Assembly (NCBI RefSeq): GCF_001194135.2
Contig: NC_068982.1
Span: forward strand, 117,794,454 to 117,858,453
Direction: 5' to 3'
DNA: 64,000 nt
Origin: Octopus bimaculoides
Taxonomy: Eukaryota
Shown: one piece after another, positions 1 through 14,129 of the stretch
How the letters are laid out: each line of letters starts with the position of its first letter
Position numbering within the stretch: position 1 is the first letter of the stretch
The notes under the pieces: generated by a model
Database searches by the model: none
The model's input: the letters and a program-made list of their open reading frames with translations, nothing else
What the model was told of the DNA's origin: nothing
Program-made: the position numbers and the translations under genes

Positions 1-164
1 AGGCACCACGTATACTTTCGAGCGGTGATTTCAATACAACAGAAGGTCGGGTAAAACTATTACAAACGAGTTGAACCGATGGATAGAGGAAATAAGAACG
101 AGATATCACTTTAAGATTTATTTTAAAAAGTGAACTTAATGCAACAAATGGGGTTGATGCTAAC

Positions 165-231
165 CGTGCCTTGATTATACATGTTCTGATCTACAATTTT
201 GATATCATAAAATTGTCCATTAATGATATAA
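165..231 (-). CDS. weak candidate internal exon (YIINGQFYDIKIVDQNMYNQGT)
   Basis: Acceptor ttttag, donor gttagc, open frame. Its phase (2 in) is compatible with the 12860-12936 exon. No homology verified. Confidence 0.15.
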
Positions 232-769
232 CTAAAATTGATATTCCCCAGGTATCCACCAAATCCCGTTTTAAATAAAATATGCATCTCAAAATGGAGG
301 AAATACATAACGTGATGCCACCAATATTGTCTCGAAATACAGTATATATAGGTTTAGACAATCATCTAATGATCACTAATAACCAGACTCGTGAACTTGT
401 TTGCATAAAAGAATCAAGAAATTACACTCAATATCAAAAGAAAAACAAAATGCGTGAAGGAATTAAAGATCACCAAATCTGACGCGCATCTATATGAAAT
501 ATAAACCAAATATCAGAACTGCGTAATAGGTGGAAAAATATGGCAATACATTGTAAATACGTTGTAAAGATTAGCGATACAGATGTTTATGTATATATGA
601 CACATCAATCGCTGTCAGAATCTGGCTTTAGAAACAGAGGCTATCATTATAACAACTCAGGCTCACTGTCTACCAATAAGAAAGTACAAAGTAGTGCTTT
701 TCTTTAAAAAATGGTACTTATACTTGAATTGACCATCTCATCTCGTCTAATGACAGACATATTTACAAT

Positions 770-960
770 ATGCTTGCCCCACACTCGTAATGGACTAGGC
801 ATAATACAATGTCTGCTATGTTGGAAAAGAAAGGCTTCGAAGCTATCAAAGGGATCATTGAGAAGCAGACAAAGTGAACATGCGGAAAGTGGAGAGGAAA
901 CAATATATACGAAACTAGCTGCTTATTATTCTGACTTAAAAAAAACAATAGCCAAGGCAA
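770..960 (+). mobile_element. possible highly decayed Dong/R4-type LINE RT C-terminal fragment
   Basis: LPHTRNGLGII loosely resembles the LPRxxGGxGL motif of RLE-type LINE RTs. Confidence 0.2.
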
Positions 961-3900
961 TAACGCGTAAATAAAAACAAGAAAAATATTCCTTAGTCAA
1001 TGTAATGTTTAAGTGTGGGATATGATAAAATTCAATAATAGCAAAAAAAAAAAAAAAGAACTCGCTTGAAATCAGGAACGAAATATTTTACTGTAGCTGT
1101 ACAAGTATTAATGTATAACGACATATGTTAATTATAAAATGAATGTAACCAGAAGCTATCAAGTAAAAGTTATGTAATCAGTTAAGCTGAGTTGTGTATC
1201 CTTTTCATTTTTCGCTATTCAGTTCTTGCACATTATGCATATATCTAAATACGCAATGCCAGCAGCTATTTCTAGTTCGAATTCGAAAGAATGCAAATTG
1301 ATATTTATATATACCAAACATTGTACATGATTAGGATCGGGCAACCTATCTCTCCGTCATGCACCTCAAGCTGACAAGGTTGTCAAGTCAAGCAATTAAG
1401 AGAGATGGGAAAAGTTTTCTAAGAGAGATATGAAAATATGTTTTGTGAGAGACATCATGATCTATTAGGAGCGAAATATCCCCTGCAAGAACAAAAAGAA
1501 ACTGTCAAATAACTATGATGTTTAATAACTGAATAAACAGAATGTCAGACATGAAAATAGTACCCATAATAATGACTTACACAATCACCGTGTCATTGAA
1601 CTACTTACCAACATTCACAAAATGCATACGAAAATCAATAATCAACCAGCTCAATGCTCACCGTATCTATTTTACAAAAATGGGTGAATCACGTAAGTAA
1701 CATTACAAAACATATAAATCTCAGTATATTCAACACTGGTGCCATTTGTAAACATATATATTAGACATATGAATGTACTATTGCTGAAAAAGAAGAAATT
1801 CTAATGAAACTGTTAAGAACATGATGGTGATAGAATAATCGCACAATGCGGTCACTTTTGAAAGTAGGAGCCATGACGATGCCATCTATTTCACTTAATG
1901 GCTGGTTCTATTTAACAAATGGAGGAAATAAAATCAAAGTTTTGGTTAATATGCTTCCATTGACATTCAAATGATTTTGCTTATCATCGCCCTCCATGAA
2001 ATTGGTAATAGATATAATACAGTATCACGGAGCTCGGGAACTCATATCAGCTTTCTCGAATTGGCAAAAGGTCCAATTCAAATACACAACTCTCATGTTG
2101 CACCCTCTCCTCAATTCGTACCCACTATTACCACATTACAAAATAGCACATATTACATGATGAATGTATTTCAGAACACTAACATAACATCAGTAACAAT
2201 TCCTAGATCAAAGGAAGCCATAACGTCGAATAAAGCAAATCTTAAAACAACAAAACATCCCCAGGAATACATAGATCTATCTTTTAATAAATATATATAT
2301 ATTACTCTCGATGAAATACCTGTGGAAAATTTACAACGGCGATAATTTGCATACACTTAGGGAAATTAGTTCATTTTCGTGTCATATCAAAAATGTAGGG
2401 CAAATGTTTTAATTCGGAAGTATATTACCCTATGAGCGTACAGACCAATGACACGCAACTAAAATTATCAATCGAGAGATTTAGTCCACCACGAAACGTG
2501 AGAAACAATACAAATTATTCCATATCATTCAGTCCTAGCTAAATGGGGAAGACATTCGCTGAAATTGCACATAAAATGGGAAGAAGAACAGAACAATAGC
2601 GTAATCAAAATAAAACAAGAACACATAGACACAAGAGGAATTGCGGTTTCTGTTTTTGGATTTAAAATCAGAACATTCGAAAGATAGAATATTTAATGAA
2701 ACATAAACAACGAATAAATGACAAGCAAAAATGCAAATGATGACAGTTAATAAAAACAAGTCAATAACTTTTAGAGTATTCAGGGCATAAAACAGAATTC
2801 TTAAATCAGAAATAAATCTACGAAGTCATCTAACGTGCATTACTACTCAAGATATATCCAGTGAACTACTGAGCTATAATACGTTTAGGTGCACCTATAT
2901 AAGCAAAATAGTATCATTTAACAGAAAATTACAGTGAATGCACTGAACGTCGAATTAGAGCAGAATGCTCATACACGCACACACACACACACACATATGT
3001 GGGAGCTGAGTGGCGGGGCTGGGGTGTATGTGTGTGTGCGCGCGCGTGTGCGTGCTAAATAGAAAATCAACACAAAAAAAACAGAAACAAAATACAAAAC
3101 AAAGGGGAACGAAGCAAAAGCAAAACACTCCCAAATAACACATGTTATCTGCTCGACTTCTTTCTAAGAATACTATTTCTGTGTTGTTCTTATACAATCT
3201 CATATTCTGTTTTCCCCAAACTGACATTTAGTATTCTGTGGTCTTTAAAAAGTATTTCCACCAACATTTCATCTGTGATATATTGCTTGTCAATCAGCCT
3301 GAGAGGGTCTGTGCTAATGTAAGAAATAACAATTTCTTTAATCTCACATTACAATACATTTAATATATTTTAAATAGTGTTCTTATGACCACGTGGAAAA
3401 CTTTTACTCTATTTGTTTTTATTTATTTTTTCAATAATATTATTCATGAGATATTAATCATTATGAAAGAAATTTCTATGATTATTAAAATATTTATAGG
3501 AATTGACATATGTTCTAGTCTCAGACTCTGGCACACCGTCACGTACATTGCCATCTTTTTATAAACATAAATTCTTTTTCATATAGTATGTCTAAATGAT
3601 TAATTTTCTATTTTAATTATGAATCAACTACTTTTTAAAACACATGCTCTTAAGTGTTTGTATATATGGAAATAGAATTCTGGCATTTATAAATATTCTA
3701 TATTTACGATAAAATGAAGAACATGTAAATTTCTCCAGAAAGAATTCTAGATGACATGGTGTATTACTGATGTTTATATAAAAGTTTATATATAATCTGA
3801 GATTGTATAAGAACAACAGAGAAATATTATTCTTAGAAAATTGTGAGACTGAAAGTTAGTAATGGAAAATCACTGCTAGGAAAATTTATTAAATATATTC

Positions 3901-4679
3901 AATTAATATCTCGGTGAAAATTCTTAATGGTCTAAAACGGAAATAGATTTCAAAGATGTTTCTGTTAAAATACTGTGACTAAATATGACACTCTTCAGAT
4001 ACAATCTAACGTATTGTGTTATTATACTCATAAAATGAATTTGATCATTATTCAAGATTGCACTTCAAATGACTGAAGAAATTTTATGTACATGGCACAC
4101 AATAAATTTTAGTTGAGCGCCCCTTTGAAAATGAAGTAGATTAAATAATTCTAATATAAGAGAAGACGTAGCATTGGTGGAAATGTATGGGAACTTATGA
4201 TAGGGAGACCATGAAATATACCAATACGTCTAAGAAATCACTTGTCAAACTACACTGAAATAAGGAGATATCGTCTAGGATCAATGTTGTAAAACAATAT
4301 TAGTCAATTGTTTACTCACTGCATATACTGGTTTCTGGTTGACTTTAAAAGTAATGTAACGAATCAAATTCATAAAAGGCCATCATTACACAGCGGCCTC
4401 TTTAACCCAACACAACATATAAGCCACATTTTGACCATATTTTGTTTTGTTTTACTCACAATTGTGTAATATATATAATGAACACACATTCCTTTTTAAG
4501 CACATTCATTGAATTGTCGACCGTTGTTGCTAGTAAGTTACAATTATAGAATAACACGTCTCATCCAATAATTTACAGAAAACCTATAATAGTTTTTGAA
4601 TACTTTCCATGTCGACTCTGCACTTCTCCACAACTACAATTTATTATACACAGTGTTAGAATAGTGCATACGACGTCAC

Positions 4680-4754
4680 CAGCTTTTGGTCCTAATTCAG
4701 TTTCGTATCCCGGAATCCGTATCTGATTATTCTTAAAGTGATTGCGAACGTCAA
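4680..4754 (-). CDS. weak candidate exon (DVRNHFKNNQIRIPGYETELGPKA)
   Basis: Acceptor atgcag, donor gtgacg, 75 nt, phase 1-1, only one open frame. Confidence 0.2.
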
Positions 4755-5084
4755 CTGCATCGGAGAAATCAGGTTTCATACAAAATGTAATGTGAAGTAA
4801 ACAACTCTACATCTATACCCAAATGAAGCTAAAATGCTAAGGAAGAAGGCCTCTCATTCATTATTTGTAAAACCTTATTCAAGCTAACTCACATATCAAC
4901 TTATAACAAAAAGAAATATTTTCCATTAGGTATCGCAAATCAGTCATTGGAGTATTTCCAATATTAAGACTCCATTATAACCAATACCTCTGCAACATTT
5001 AAGATCATTTGTCCACTACCAAATATTTTCTACTCATCAGATATCTATATAAAAACCAACGGGCACGTAACACGTAGCATATAC

Positions 5085-5170
5085 TTTTTGCAGACAAGTA
5101 ATCACTACAGTAACGAACAACCAGTTGTTGAAAAATTTCTGGTTATGCGTGCACTTCATCTCCGACTTAT
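5085..5170 (-). CDS. weak candidate exon (KSEMKCTHNQKFFNNWLFVTVVITCLQK)
   Basis: Strong acceptor ctaattttctctttag, moderate donor gtatat, one open frame. Confidence 0.2.
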
Positions 5171-5616
5171 CTAAAGAGAAAATTAGATTATGTAAATGCC
5201 TTCTTAAACCCATTAGTTCACAAACCTCAAACAAATAAATCTCGCAAGATTCAATCTATCAAATAACTCGCATGTTTCTGGGGAAAATATAGTTTAAAAC
5301 TTCTGGGCTAAACACCATACTTCTTATAATCGTGTAACGCTTATCCCCAGCACTAAATCCAGTATAAATTCAATTCTTGATGAACGTACCTGTGCCAGTT
5401 TAGCGAAATCGAACTACACATAATTCACAGTTTTTATCAATTATAAATATACCAGACTCACTGCCTTTTGTCTCAAATTCTACGTTACACTTGTCACAAA
5501 ACGCTTTTATCTGAAACATTCCATCATCACACAAGTCGTACTGCTAGCATGGATACATTATGAGTACGTACAAAATTCTGGCACTGCAAGCCATTTTATC
5601 TTTCTTATATTCTTGT

Positions 5617-5818
5617 GCTGGCAGAATCTTTACCGTGCCAAACAAAATGCTTAATTGGCATTTCGTCCGTCTTTATATTTTGTGTTCAAATTCCGCCGAG
5701 GTCAACTAGGCTTTGCATTCTATCAGGGGTCGATAAAAGTAACAGTTTATACCGGGGTCAATGTAATTGACTATCCCCGCCCCAACAAAATTCCAGGCCT
5801 TCTACCTAAAGCAGAAAA
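5617..5818 (+). mobile_element. tRNA-derived SINE (family A)
   Basis: gctggcagaatc...gttcaaattccgccgaggtc...ggggtcgataaaa...aaaattccaggcct. Homologous to copies at 18457, 18650, 20127 and 20393. Confidence 0.85.
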
Positions 5819-8799
5819 CGTAACTAGCCAGATGTACTCGCCATCCCTACTGGTATCCGCATCAAAACCTCCCATTCTTCTTCGGTCGTGTATCCCATCC
5901 CCCTGAAAATATATATAGCGCCATACACAAAAAATAGACCTGCAAATATTTGCGTCATTTCCAAAATTTCAAATAATATAAATAATCATTAACAATTAAT
6001 ATTTCTATTTCAGTACTGTTCATTTTTCAGTAAATATTTGTAAGGCATCACTGAAGAAAAATTCAAAATTCACTGAGAACATGCACTCTCACAAAAAGTG
6101 TCCTAACGTGCAGCATTGAAGTTTCTGAGAACTTCATCTATAACAAAACCTTCCACTTGGCTGAAACAAACAGGCAACACAAATGTGTTATCTAATATGC
6201 AATTATAATTCTGATCATCTTCTATGTTGGCTCTTAGGTTGGAGTTTGAACCTTGCAAGTATCTGCAACAGCGGAGGCGGGAATGCCTTATTTAGCTTCT
6301 CAAAATGCAGTCTTTGTGCATATGAAGGAAAACCCCTTTTTCGACACTGCCTCTATTTTAGCAGAAAACGAAACTCTAATAAAATTTTCTAGTACTAAGT
6401 TTTACACGAATTCATAGTCTTCATTGAGGGTAGCATATTTTGTAAAAATGCTTAAGCTTATCGTTGCTCATTCGTCAACTTCATAAGAGTTCACAACACA
6501 CTGTAACTCCTCTACTCAACTTCTTCCAGTAGCCTGTATTTCCAGCACTTCCTTATGGTGTCGAACTTCAGGAATATATTTTAACGTTAATTTACAGATG
6601 TGAATATTAAACCTCTACCACATCAATTTATAAGTTAGGAGAGCCTGCCAATAAATATCAGAGAAGCTTCTTCCAAAAGACTATCTATAAAATGCAGCTT
6701 GTGAATCATTCGATATTCTATTATAATTTTGGATGAAAAAGTAAACGAATCAATAAAACGTCATGATCAAGAATAACCAAATGAATGCCTAAATTATTGA
6801 AAATATTATAAATGAGATAAACCTTTGAGCTAGATTCACATTTTTTACGTACTGCATTATATTGCAAGATATTTTTAAAAAAGTAACCATTCAGACAGAC
6901 ATTAACTACAGTTGAAATCATATTGGATTGCTTATTGAAACCTACTACCCGTGACGAAGACCATGCCGTCCAAAGTCTAATGAGTGAAATATGATAAAGA
7001 GAAAATGTTTGAGAGATCATCTGATTATTTGCACTTGTTTTTACCTGTTCAGCTTTAAGCATTCCTATATAAAATAAAGCTTGCATCTCGTGTGGCATTT
7101 ATAGAATTCACTCAATTGCAGTTATTCAAACATTTCTCCCTTTGCTCCTAATCTCACATGTTCTGTGAAGTGTTAACGGCCCTGTACTGCATCTGTGTTA
7201 AAGAACGGCAAATAATTTCACGTTACATTACTTCATTCTGTCAGTATATGACCACCAAAATATTCTATAAACGCTATAGTTATTCACTGAATAACAAAAA
7301 TATATAAATTTATTTATATTATCAAATATTTCTTTTTCGCAATACAACAGCCCATCCTTCAAGCATTTTAATACCAAAAATTACTACTTCAACACGAAAA
7401 TAGATTTATCTATAATCAGACTAAGTTAACAAAACAAATCTCTTAATTTCTTCAGAACATTTATAATAAATATTTTCTTAGGAGTTCAAAAAACGATTCA
7501 ATATTTTTGTAATGCTTTCTCTATAATGATATATTTTAAACATATATTTCTATTCTTTTATCATTTTTCATAATTGTTCTCACATTTTGAATTTAAATTT
7601 CCACTACAATGTTATTAAACATGAAATTAAAACCTCAATTGTTTTGCATGCCTAATACTTAATTCTGGCAATATTTAATGCGATACTTTTTGTTGATTGA
7701 ATTGTTCTCAGTTCTTCGCCGCTAAATCGAATTTTGAATGATTATATTTATAATTTATTTATAATTTACTTTCGTGATTAATTAGTGGATTTTTCAGTTG
7801 TTTAAACAATCCATCTTAAATATTCCAATACTTTATTAAAATATTTTTTCTCTTTACTTCTCTTTCTTTATGTCATATAATGATTTATAGTGTCTTTAGA
7901 GCCTGTGGAAAATGATGTTATGTGATTACAACTTTCACAAACTGAAATAATGGTTGTTAATTAGAGATAATTTGATGAGATATGCGTTACAAAATAACAG
8001 AAAATAACTAAATATGGACTTTAAAATCTTAACACGATCTCATAAGATTTGAAATATATGTTTTCCTATATAAATTTTTGTCTGTGTCTGCTTTTAGATT
8101 ATTCGCAAAACTGCAAGTATTTTTTAATCTAGATTGTTCTTACGTAACGATGTGTTGAGTTCCAGCATTATGTCCCAAATCACCTATAAATTTTGCCTGT
8201 CTATCTTAAAATTGCTGGGCAGAGTTTCAATTTAAAAAAGACCAAATGGTCATAACTGTAAATTTTTTGATCATTGGTTTGTCTCCAATGCTGACCTAGG
8301 CTCAAATAGCAACCTAAATTGATTGTTTTCTATTGATCAGATACAAGATGTGAGATAATAGATGTTTATTCCATTTGTTTTTACAACCGTCTCATAATCT
8401 ATATTAGGTATATAAGCGAGACTTCATCACCCGTTACCCACATAGATGAATACATACTCACATATACACCCGTCAATATGTATGTATATGTATATATACA
8501 TACATCTATTTATCAACCGATATTCAGGCAATTATCAACATGGCCAGTTAAGGAACTAAATACGACCGACTGACAGCGTTAGCAGGAACATTTCCGTTAA
8601 ATCTCACTATAGTAAACATTAATGCATTTCAATGAGATTAAATAGGCCGTGTATTTTGTTTCTAGAAAAATATACTGTCTTTTGTATTCTTGATATTGTT
8701 TTCACATTTTATTGCATTTTAGGGCCTTAGCGGATAAATTATCTTTTGTCAATAATCCTAACTCTTTTTATGTGGCAAGATTACAGTTGTATAACAATG

Positions 8800-8802
<3 letters not shown>

Positions 8803-8853
<51 letters not shown>
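8803..8853. repeat. (AT)n microsatellite
   Basis: Direct reading. Confidence 0.98.
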
Positions 8854-8854
<1 letters not shown>

Positions 8855-9389
8855 CATTCAAAGATATATTTGCATACATAGAGTAATCTGTTTATAATTC
8901 ATAAAACCAGAATGGTTTTGAATAAAAAAAATCTGCCTGGGGGATAATCAAAGTCCATTCAGTTTGCAATAAACACAATTTAGCCAGAGTGTAAGTACTA
9001 CGATGATTGCTATTTCTGCTGTTTGAACATCCAAGACTTTTCAAAGAAACCGTAAATCTGATGTCAAGTACCAATTTTGGCTTCAAATTTGATGCCTGCA
9101 CATGATCAAGGAGAGAGTAATTAGAGTAAATTTATTCGACCATCTATATTTTCAAGATAAAAGTAGCTCCTAGCCCCAAGGCCAGATAATTTCAACGTGC
9201 AAATGAAGTGAAAGTTATATATTTCATTAGGGTCAAATGATTTCGGAATAATTTTGTACCTTACTGAACATTAGAGTAATGAAACCAATACAATGTTCAA
9301 ACATACATAGAAGTACGTATACATAAAGCTTGACATACTAGAATTCACAAGCATATTCAGTCGGCTGATCTTATCCCAAGCTAGTTAAC

Positions 9390-9570
9390 TCATAGTGCTA
9401 CAATTCCGGGTCAGATTAGACCTGGGGTCAATAGTGGCAAAGTGGCGGTTCGACATTCCTTAAACCCTGGAACTCTCGAACCGGAGCCCCTCTACCGGAA
9501 ACAGTAAATCCACTGGAAGAGTTGGAACTCCTTTGTGTAGAGGGATACTCGGTGTAAAATTAGAGCTTTC
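9390..9570. repeat. decayed dispersed SINE-like repeat
   Basis: GC-richer block (ccgggtcagattagacctgggg...ggagcccc...gtagaggg...ctcggtgt) resembling, from memory, an abundant octopus repeat. Confidence 0.35.
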
Positions 9571-9830
9571 ACGTAATCACTGCTTTTCTCACTTCGGCCT
9601 GTTGTTAGGCGCTCATAATGAAGACTACTGGACAGACACTCGTGCTGGCCAAGCCTTTATATTTATGATCTAATTATGTACATATATCTCTCTATTATAA
9701 TCTCATTTCTCATTCCATCTACTTAATGTCCCATAACGTTGAAAAGGTGGTGACGTGTGTAGAATAAATTGCAACTTTCGTTTGTCAATAATGCTCCAAA
9801 CCATGCAAATATGCAGTGTTTACTGAACAG

Positions 9831-9933
9831 TCATCTCTGCGGCCATGGACGGAAAGTCAGAAATGCCATTGACAATGAGGAAGCAGAAGGAGAGTGTGAT
9901 CATCATTGCAGTTGGAGGAATCACCATATGTTT
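9831..9933 (+). CDS. candidate exon with hydrophobic segment (MDGKSEMPLTMRKQKESVIIIAVGGITICL)
   Basis: GCGGCCATGG start context at 9845, GC-richer than its flanks, donors gtatgt (9934) and gtaagc (9938). The acceptor is weak. Confidence 0.3.
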
Positions 9934-11720
9934 GTATGTAAGCACAGAAAACCCCTGTTTGCCATTAACCTTTTCGGTGTATCGCGTTCTATCTCTGAAA
10001 GCCGAATGATTAATTGACAATGGCGAATACGCCCCTGATTAAAGTAAGTAGAGACAATATTGTAGATCGAAAACTTCTATGCCGGATCTTTTTCATGGCT
10101 ACCGTCATAACAATGTAAAAAAACAAAACAACAAATTGAAATAATAAAATAATCACGGATAAATTATCCTAAAAGTTTTCGAGGAACAGAAATATAAGGG
10201 ATAGAAATCAACAGTTGGGGTGACGAAAAAAGTTGCAACCGAAAACATTCCTACGCAGACAACAGTAGCTGTTATTGTATTAGTCACCAGGCGATGAAGA
10301 AAGGATCAGTTATTACAACTGCAGGGTTTACGCAATAATATAGATGACCGAATACAAAATATACCAAATAAAACAACAAACTAGTATACTTGAAGGAGCT
10401 GCTATGCTTATATCGATTATCAAGGGCAAGGGTGTCATTTTTGCCATGCAGCCCACGGTTCTTACTGAAAATGTGTCAAATCTCTCTGGCCATAACGCTT
10501 TTTTTTTTTTGCAAATACACTGTGAAGCAGTATATTCCTGTTAATCTAAAGGCACTCGACAAATGGAACGTCTCACTTTTAATGTGTTTTCCGCTGAAAA
10601 AGGAAATTGTATAATCTTCATTTCAGTAGAACTTGTGTATATTATTCGGTGTCTGTTAAATTAGCAGTCTGACAGGAGGAATCTACATGTCATAGGTGGT
10701 TAATAAATGTGACTGGTGATTTTACGATGAACACAATCTGGATCCGTCATACACGCTATTCGACATCAACAAACAACACACTTTAGCAAAGTTCTCACAT
10801 AGAATAAAGGCGTGCAGAAAAAATGCAATTATCTTCTCGCATCTCGGACAGACTTTCAGATTTAACTTCAATGCCTCTAAAATTTACTGCCAATATGCAA
10901 TGCAACCGACCTATTCTCAGTGTTAAACCAGGGGTTATAGAATTTTTCCACAGTCACAATGCTGAAAGTATTTGCAATTAGATCATTTTACCTTCGTGGG
11001 CGTAAAACTGTAGCGATGAATGTCATCTCTATTCTGCAACAATAAACCTCGCTACAATACTTTACATATTTCTGACCGTTTACCGCAGCTAATAGAAATA
11101 TATCTTTCTAACATATTGCAGATGTCACTGCTCATTATTGGTCCTCGTTCGGCCGCCGATGAGAATGGCCTCAATTCGTTTTATGTGAATCGAGTAAATT
11201 GCACATAGTAGCTATAATAAAGGTAATGGGGCCGTAACTAAACGTCGCACAAATATGTTGTCTGACGAACAAACGAATCTGGTAAGCGTTACATTTTGGC
11301 ATAAACCTTCTGCTTTTGAACAACTAGGGATGTCACTTCTATATTTAAACCTCAGTCCTTTATGTTTTACTCATTCTGTCATTAACTGTTGTGCGCGATC
11401 AAAAAGATTCCCATCGTGATTAAGCTGGATCGATTATAAAACTATCATACATTTAGAATACTTATGAATTGGTTTGCTACATATTAATGAATAAATGTAT
11501 TCTTAATGGTGTATATTATATATATTACTGTATAGTCTGTAGATAAATAAAATCTATGTTGTCATTTATGAGAAACTAACATTAAACTGATCCTGTGATG
11601 GTAGTATAGAATCAGGTAGTAAACAGTGCTTAAAATGTTAGGAAAATAAAATATAGAAATATCATTTTCTATGATAACAGCCTGACTAACAAGAATCGCT
11701 CTTATATATCCTGCTTGCAG

Positions 11721-11799
11721 ACTTGCCAGATTTTTCTCTATAGCGGCTGTTTCCGGCAGAAGGAAATGCTCAAAGGTTCAGAAGAAGAGAAATCTGAAA
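11721..11799 (+). CDS. candidate exon (LARFFSIAAVSGRRKCSKVQKKRNLK or TCQIFLYSGCFRQKEMLKGSEEEKSE)
   Basis: Acceptor cctgcttgcag, donor gtgagt. Two frames are open, each matching one donor of the 9831 exon. Confidence 0.3.
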
Positions 11800-12859
11800 G
11801 TGAGTCTACTTAATTATAATATTTCCGATAGTCAGCTTCAGAATATTCTGAGTGGCGAAATATTCGTTATAGCGATTATGTCTATAAAGTTTTGTTCCAC
11901 AAAACAGAATATATAGAAATCGAGAAAAAAGAGAATGGTGAATACATATTAAGAAAGAGACATAGATGCAGGCGAAAGGAACTGAGAAAGCAACATGCTA
12001 CATTGAGAAAGGAAAGAGGTGCGAAACTTGAGAAGAGAAAGTACAGCTGCAGTTTACTTTGAAAATCACATTTATAATGCGTTTTATGTTATGATATTGT
12101 CATAACTGTGAAATCTAAATTTCATAGATTATTTGTTTTTTCTGTATTTCTATACTATTCAGTTTTTCATATTGGAGGTAAATTGTGGATGACATATTTT
12201 TCTATCTCTCAGACATTATTACTCTATTACGTATCACTTAACTCGTGTTAAATTACGTATGCAAAAAGCAGGTGCGTGGAATAGAATGTGTTTTAGACAT
12301 CCACATCCGTTATATATAAAGTAAACAGAAAATGGAGAAAAATTGATAAACGACAATTGATTAACATCAATTATATCTTTTTAATACAAATAGATTATAT
12401 CCCATCTAACAACTGTTTCTGCTTCCAATGTTCTACGGTATTGCCATTGAAAATTCTGAAAATAATATTCATCATTTTTGGTAACATATCCGATCTGGAA
12501 CATGGAGATTAATCAGAGTGAGGAAAAATATATAAAGGAAAGGGAAAGAAAAGAAAAGAAAAGAAAAGAAAAGAAGAAGAGCCTCGAGAAGATGAAAGGC
12601 TTAATATATTTAAATCATACCATTTTGCATATGCGTCGCTTCAGAACGTTGAGTAAATGACTAAACTTAAATATTAATTGGTGAGTTAATTTTTCTATGA
12701 GGGTAACAGGGTGTATAAGTAATAAAAAAATAAAATAAAAAAAGTCACCATAATGGGATAAGCGTTTTGAAGTAATCATAATAGTTCTTAAAATTATGTT
12801 AACAGTACTAATTAATAGTTTATCACAATAAAGTGTCCATCAATTAATTATTTACTTAC

Positions 12860-12936
12860 TGATATGTTGTAAAGACCAACCACCAATTGCCTGTAATGGG
12901 ATTGACCAAAGTCCAAATTTCGATATTATTGGTCAG
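12860..12936 (-). CDS. candidate internal exon LTNNIEIWTLVNPITGNWWLVFTTY
   Basis: Acceptor ccctttgtttttaaattcag and donor gtaagt. Only phase 0 is open; the other two frames stop within 4 codons. Confidence 0.5.
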
Positions 12937-13841
12937 CTGAATTTAAAAACAAAGGGCAAGATATTATAAATAAATAAATAAATAAATAAATAAAAGTATG
13001 GTAAAGTAGTATATGTTGTAAGTGGCCCAAACACCGCTTAGGACATTGTATATAACAAAAAACATGTAAAGAAGCACAATGCGAAGGGGTGAACAACGCC
13101 AGCACATCCCTATTTGGAAATTGTTAATTAAGGTGGCTAATTAAGGAATGTGAAATTAGTAGACAAAGAGAGATGTTAATTAGCAGGAAAGGGAATAAGG
13201 AGGGAGATAAAGGTGATAACTGCGATTCAAGGGAGACTACAGTTAAGGGGAGGTTACGGTTAAGGTGAGGTAATGGCTAGGGAAATAACCTACATTTCGA
13301 GGATTATAATACAAAATCTAACTTCTGAAATAACATCCACAGTACCCAAGCAGTGGGCTGACAGGACAAACAAACGTTAACTGGCTAAACATTCCTTAAT
13401 ACATTCAGCCTACTGCTCATATGAATAAGTATATGTATACATCCCTAAATTACTTAAATGATTACAATTTAATTACTTGCTAATGATTATTATTGTTGCA
13501 GATGCAGGATCATACTAGTTTGTTCAGTCATACTTAACCTATATTATTATATTATTATTATTACTAACATTGTCGTTATATCATCCCGTGCACACATATG
13601 GAGGCTACCAGAATTGCACTTCTATGCATGCATTAATACAGCTAAGAATAATAATAGTTCATAGGAAAGCGCCAACTGCAATACAAAGTACAAGCAAATA
13701 CAAACTAAGAGAGATGAGAAGTTAATATTAAAGTGTTAAATAATTTTTGTTATACGGGTAGGATGTCCAGGTTTAACACAGGTAATTATACCGATATTTT
13801 CATCCGTTAGAGAGTCATTCTGACCGCTAAATCTACAAACC

Positions 13842-13845
<4 letters not shown>

Positions 13846-13885
<40 letters not shown>

Positions 13886-13899
13886 CACACACACACACA
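13846..13899. repeat. (CA)n microsatellite
   Basis: Direct reading. Confidence 0.98.
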
Positions 13900-14129
13900 T
13901 ATGTATATATTTATATGCACATACATACAGATGTATATAAATGAAGTGAGAAGACACAAGAATAATCAACTGTCTTATGTAATGTATTAGATTACATCTG
14001 TTTCTCCTACAAAATGAAGTAGAATCATCGTTGGGTGTCTCAGTAACACCTTATTGCTCCATCGTAGTTTCAAATATGAAGAGCAAGTTTTTAAGGATAT
14101 ACTACTATTTATATGTATATAAAGAAAGG

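Noticed and set aside
1971-2345. 124-aa T/N-rich ORF
   Set aside because: No convincing splice sites or domain; the single LRR-like phrase (VFQNTNITSVTIP) is not repeated.
9898-9921. DHHCSWRN in the 9769-10017 ORF, resembling the DHHC palmitoyltransferase motif
   Set aside because: The upstream HCxxCxxCV and downstream NCVG...NY residues are absent; probably chance.
12163-12177. Possible 15-nt microexon (also a 12-nt one at 34666-34677)
   Set aside because: Splice-like motifs of this kind are frequent in AT-rich DNA; there is no support without RNA data.
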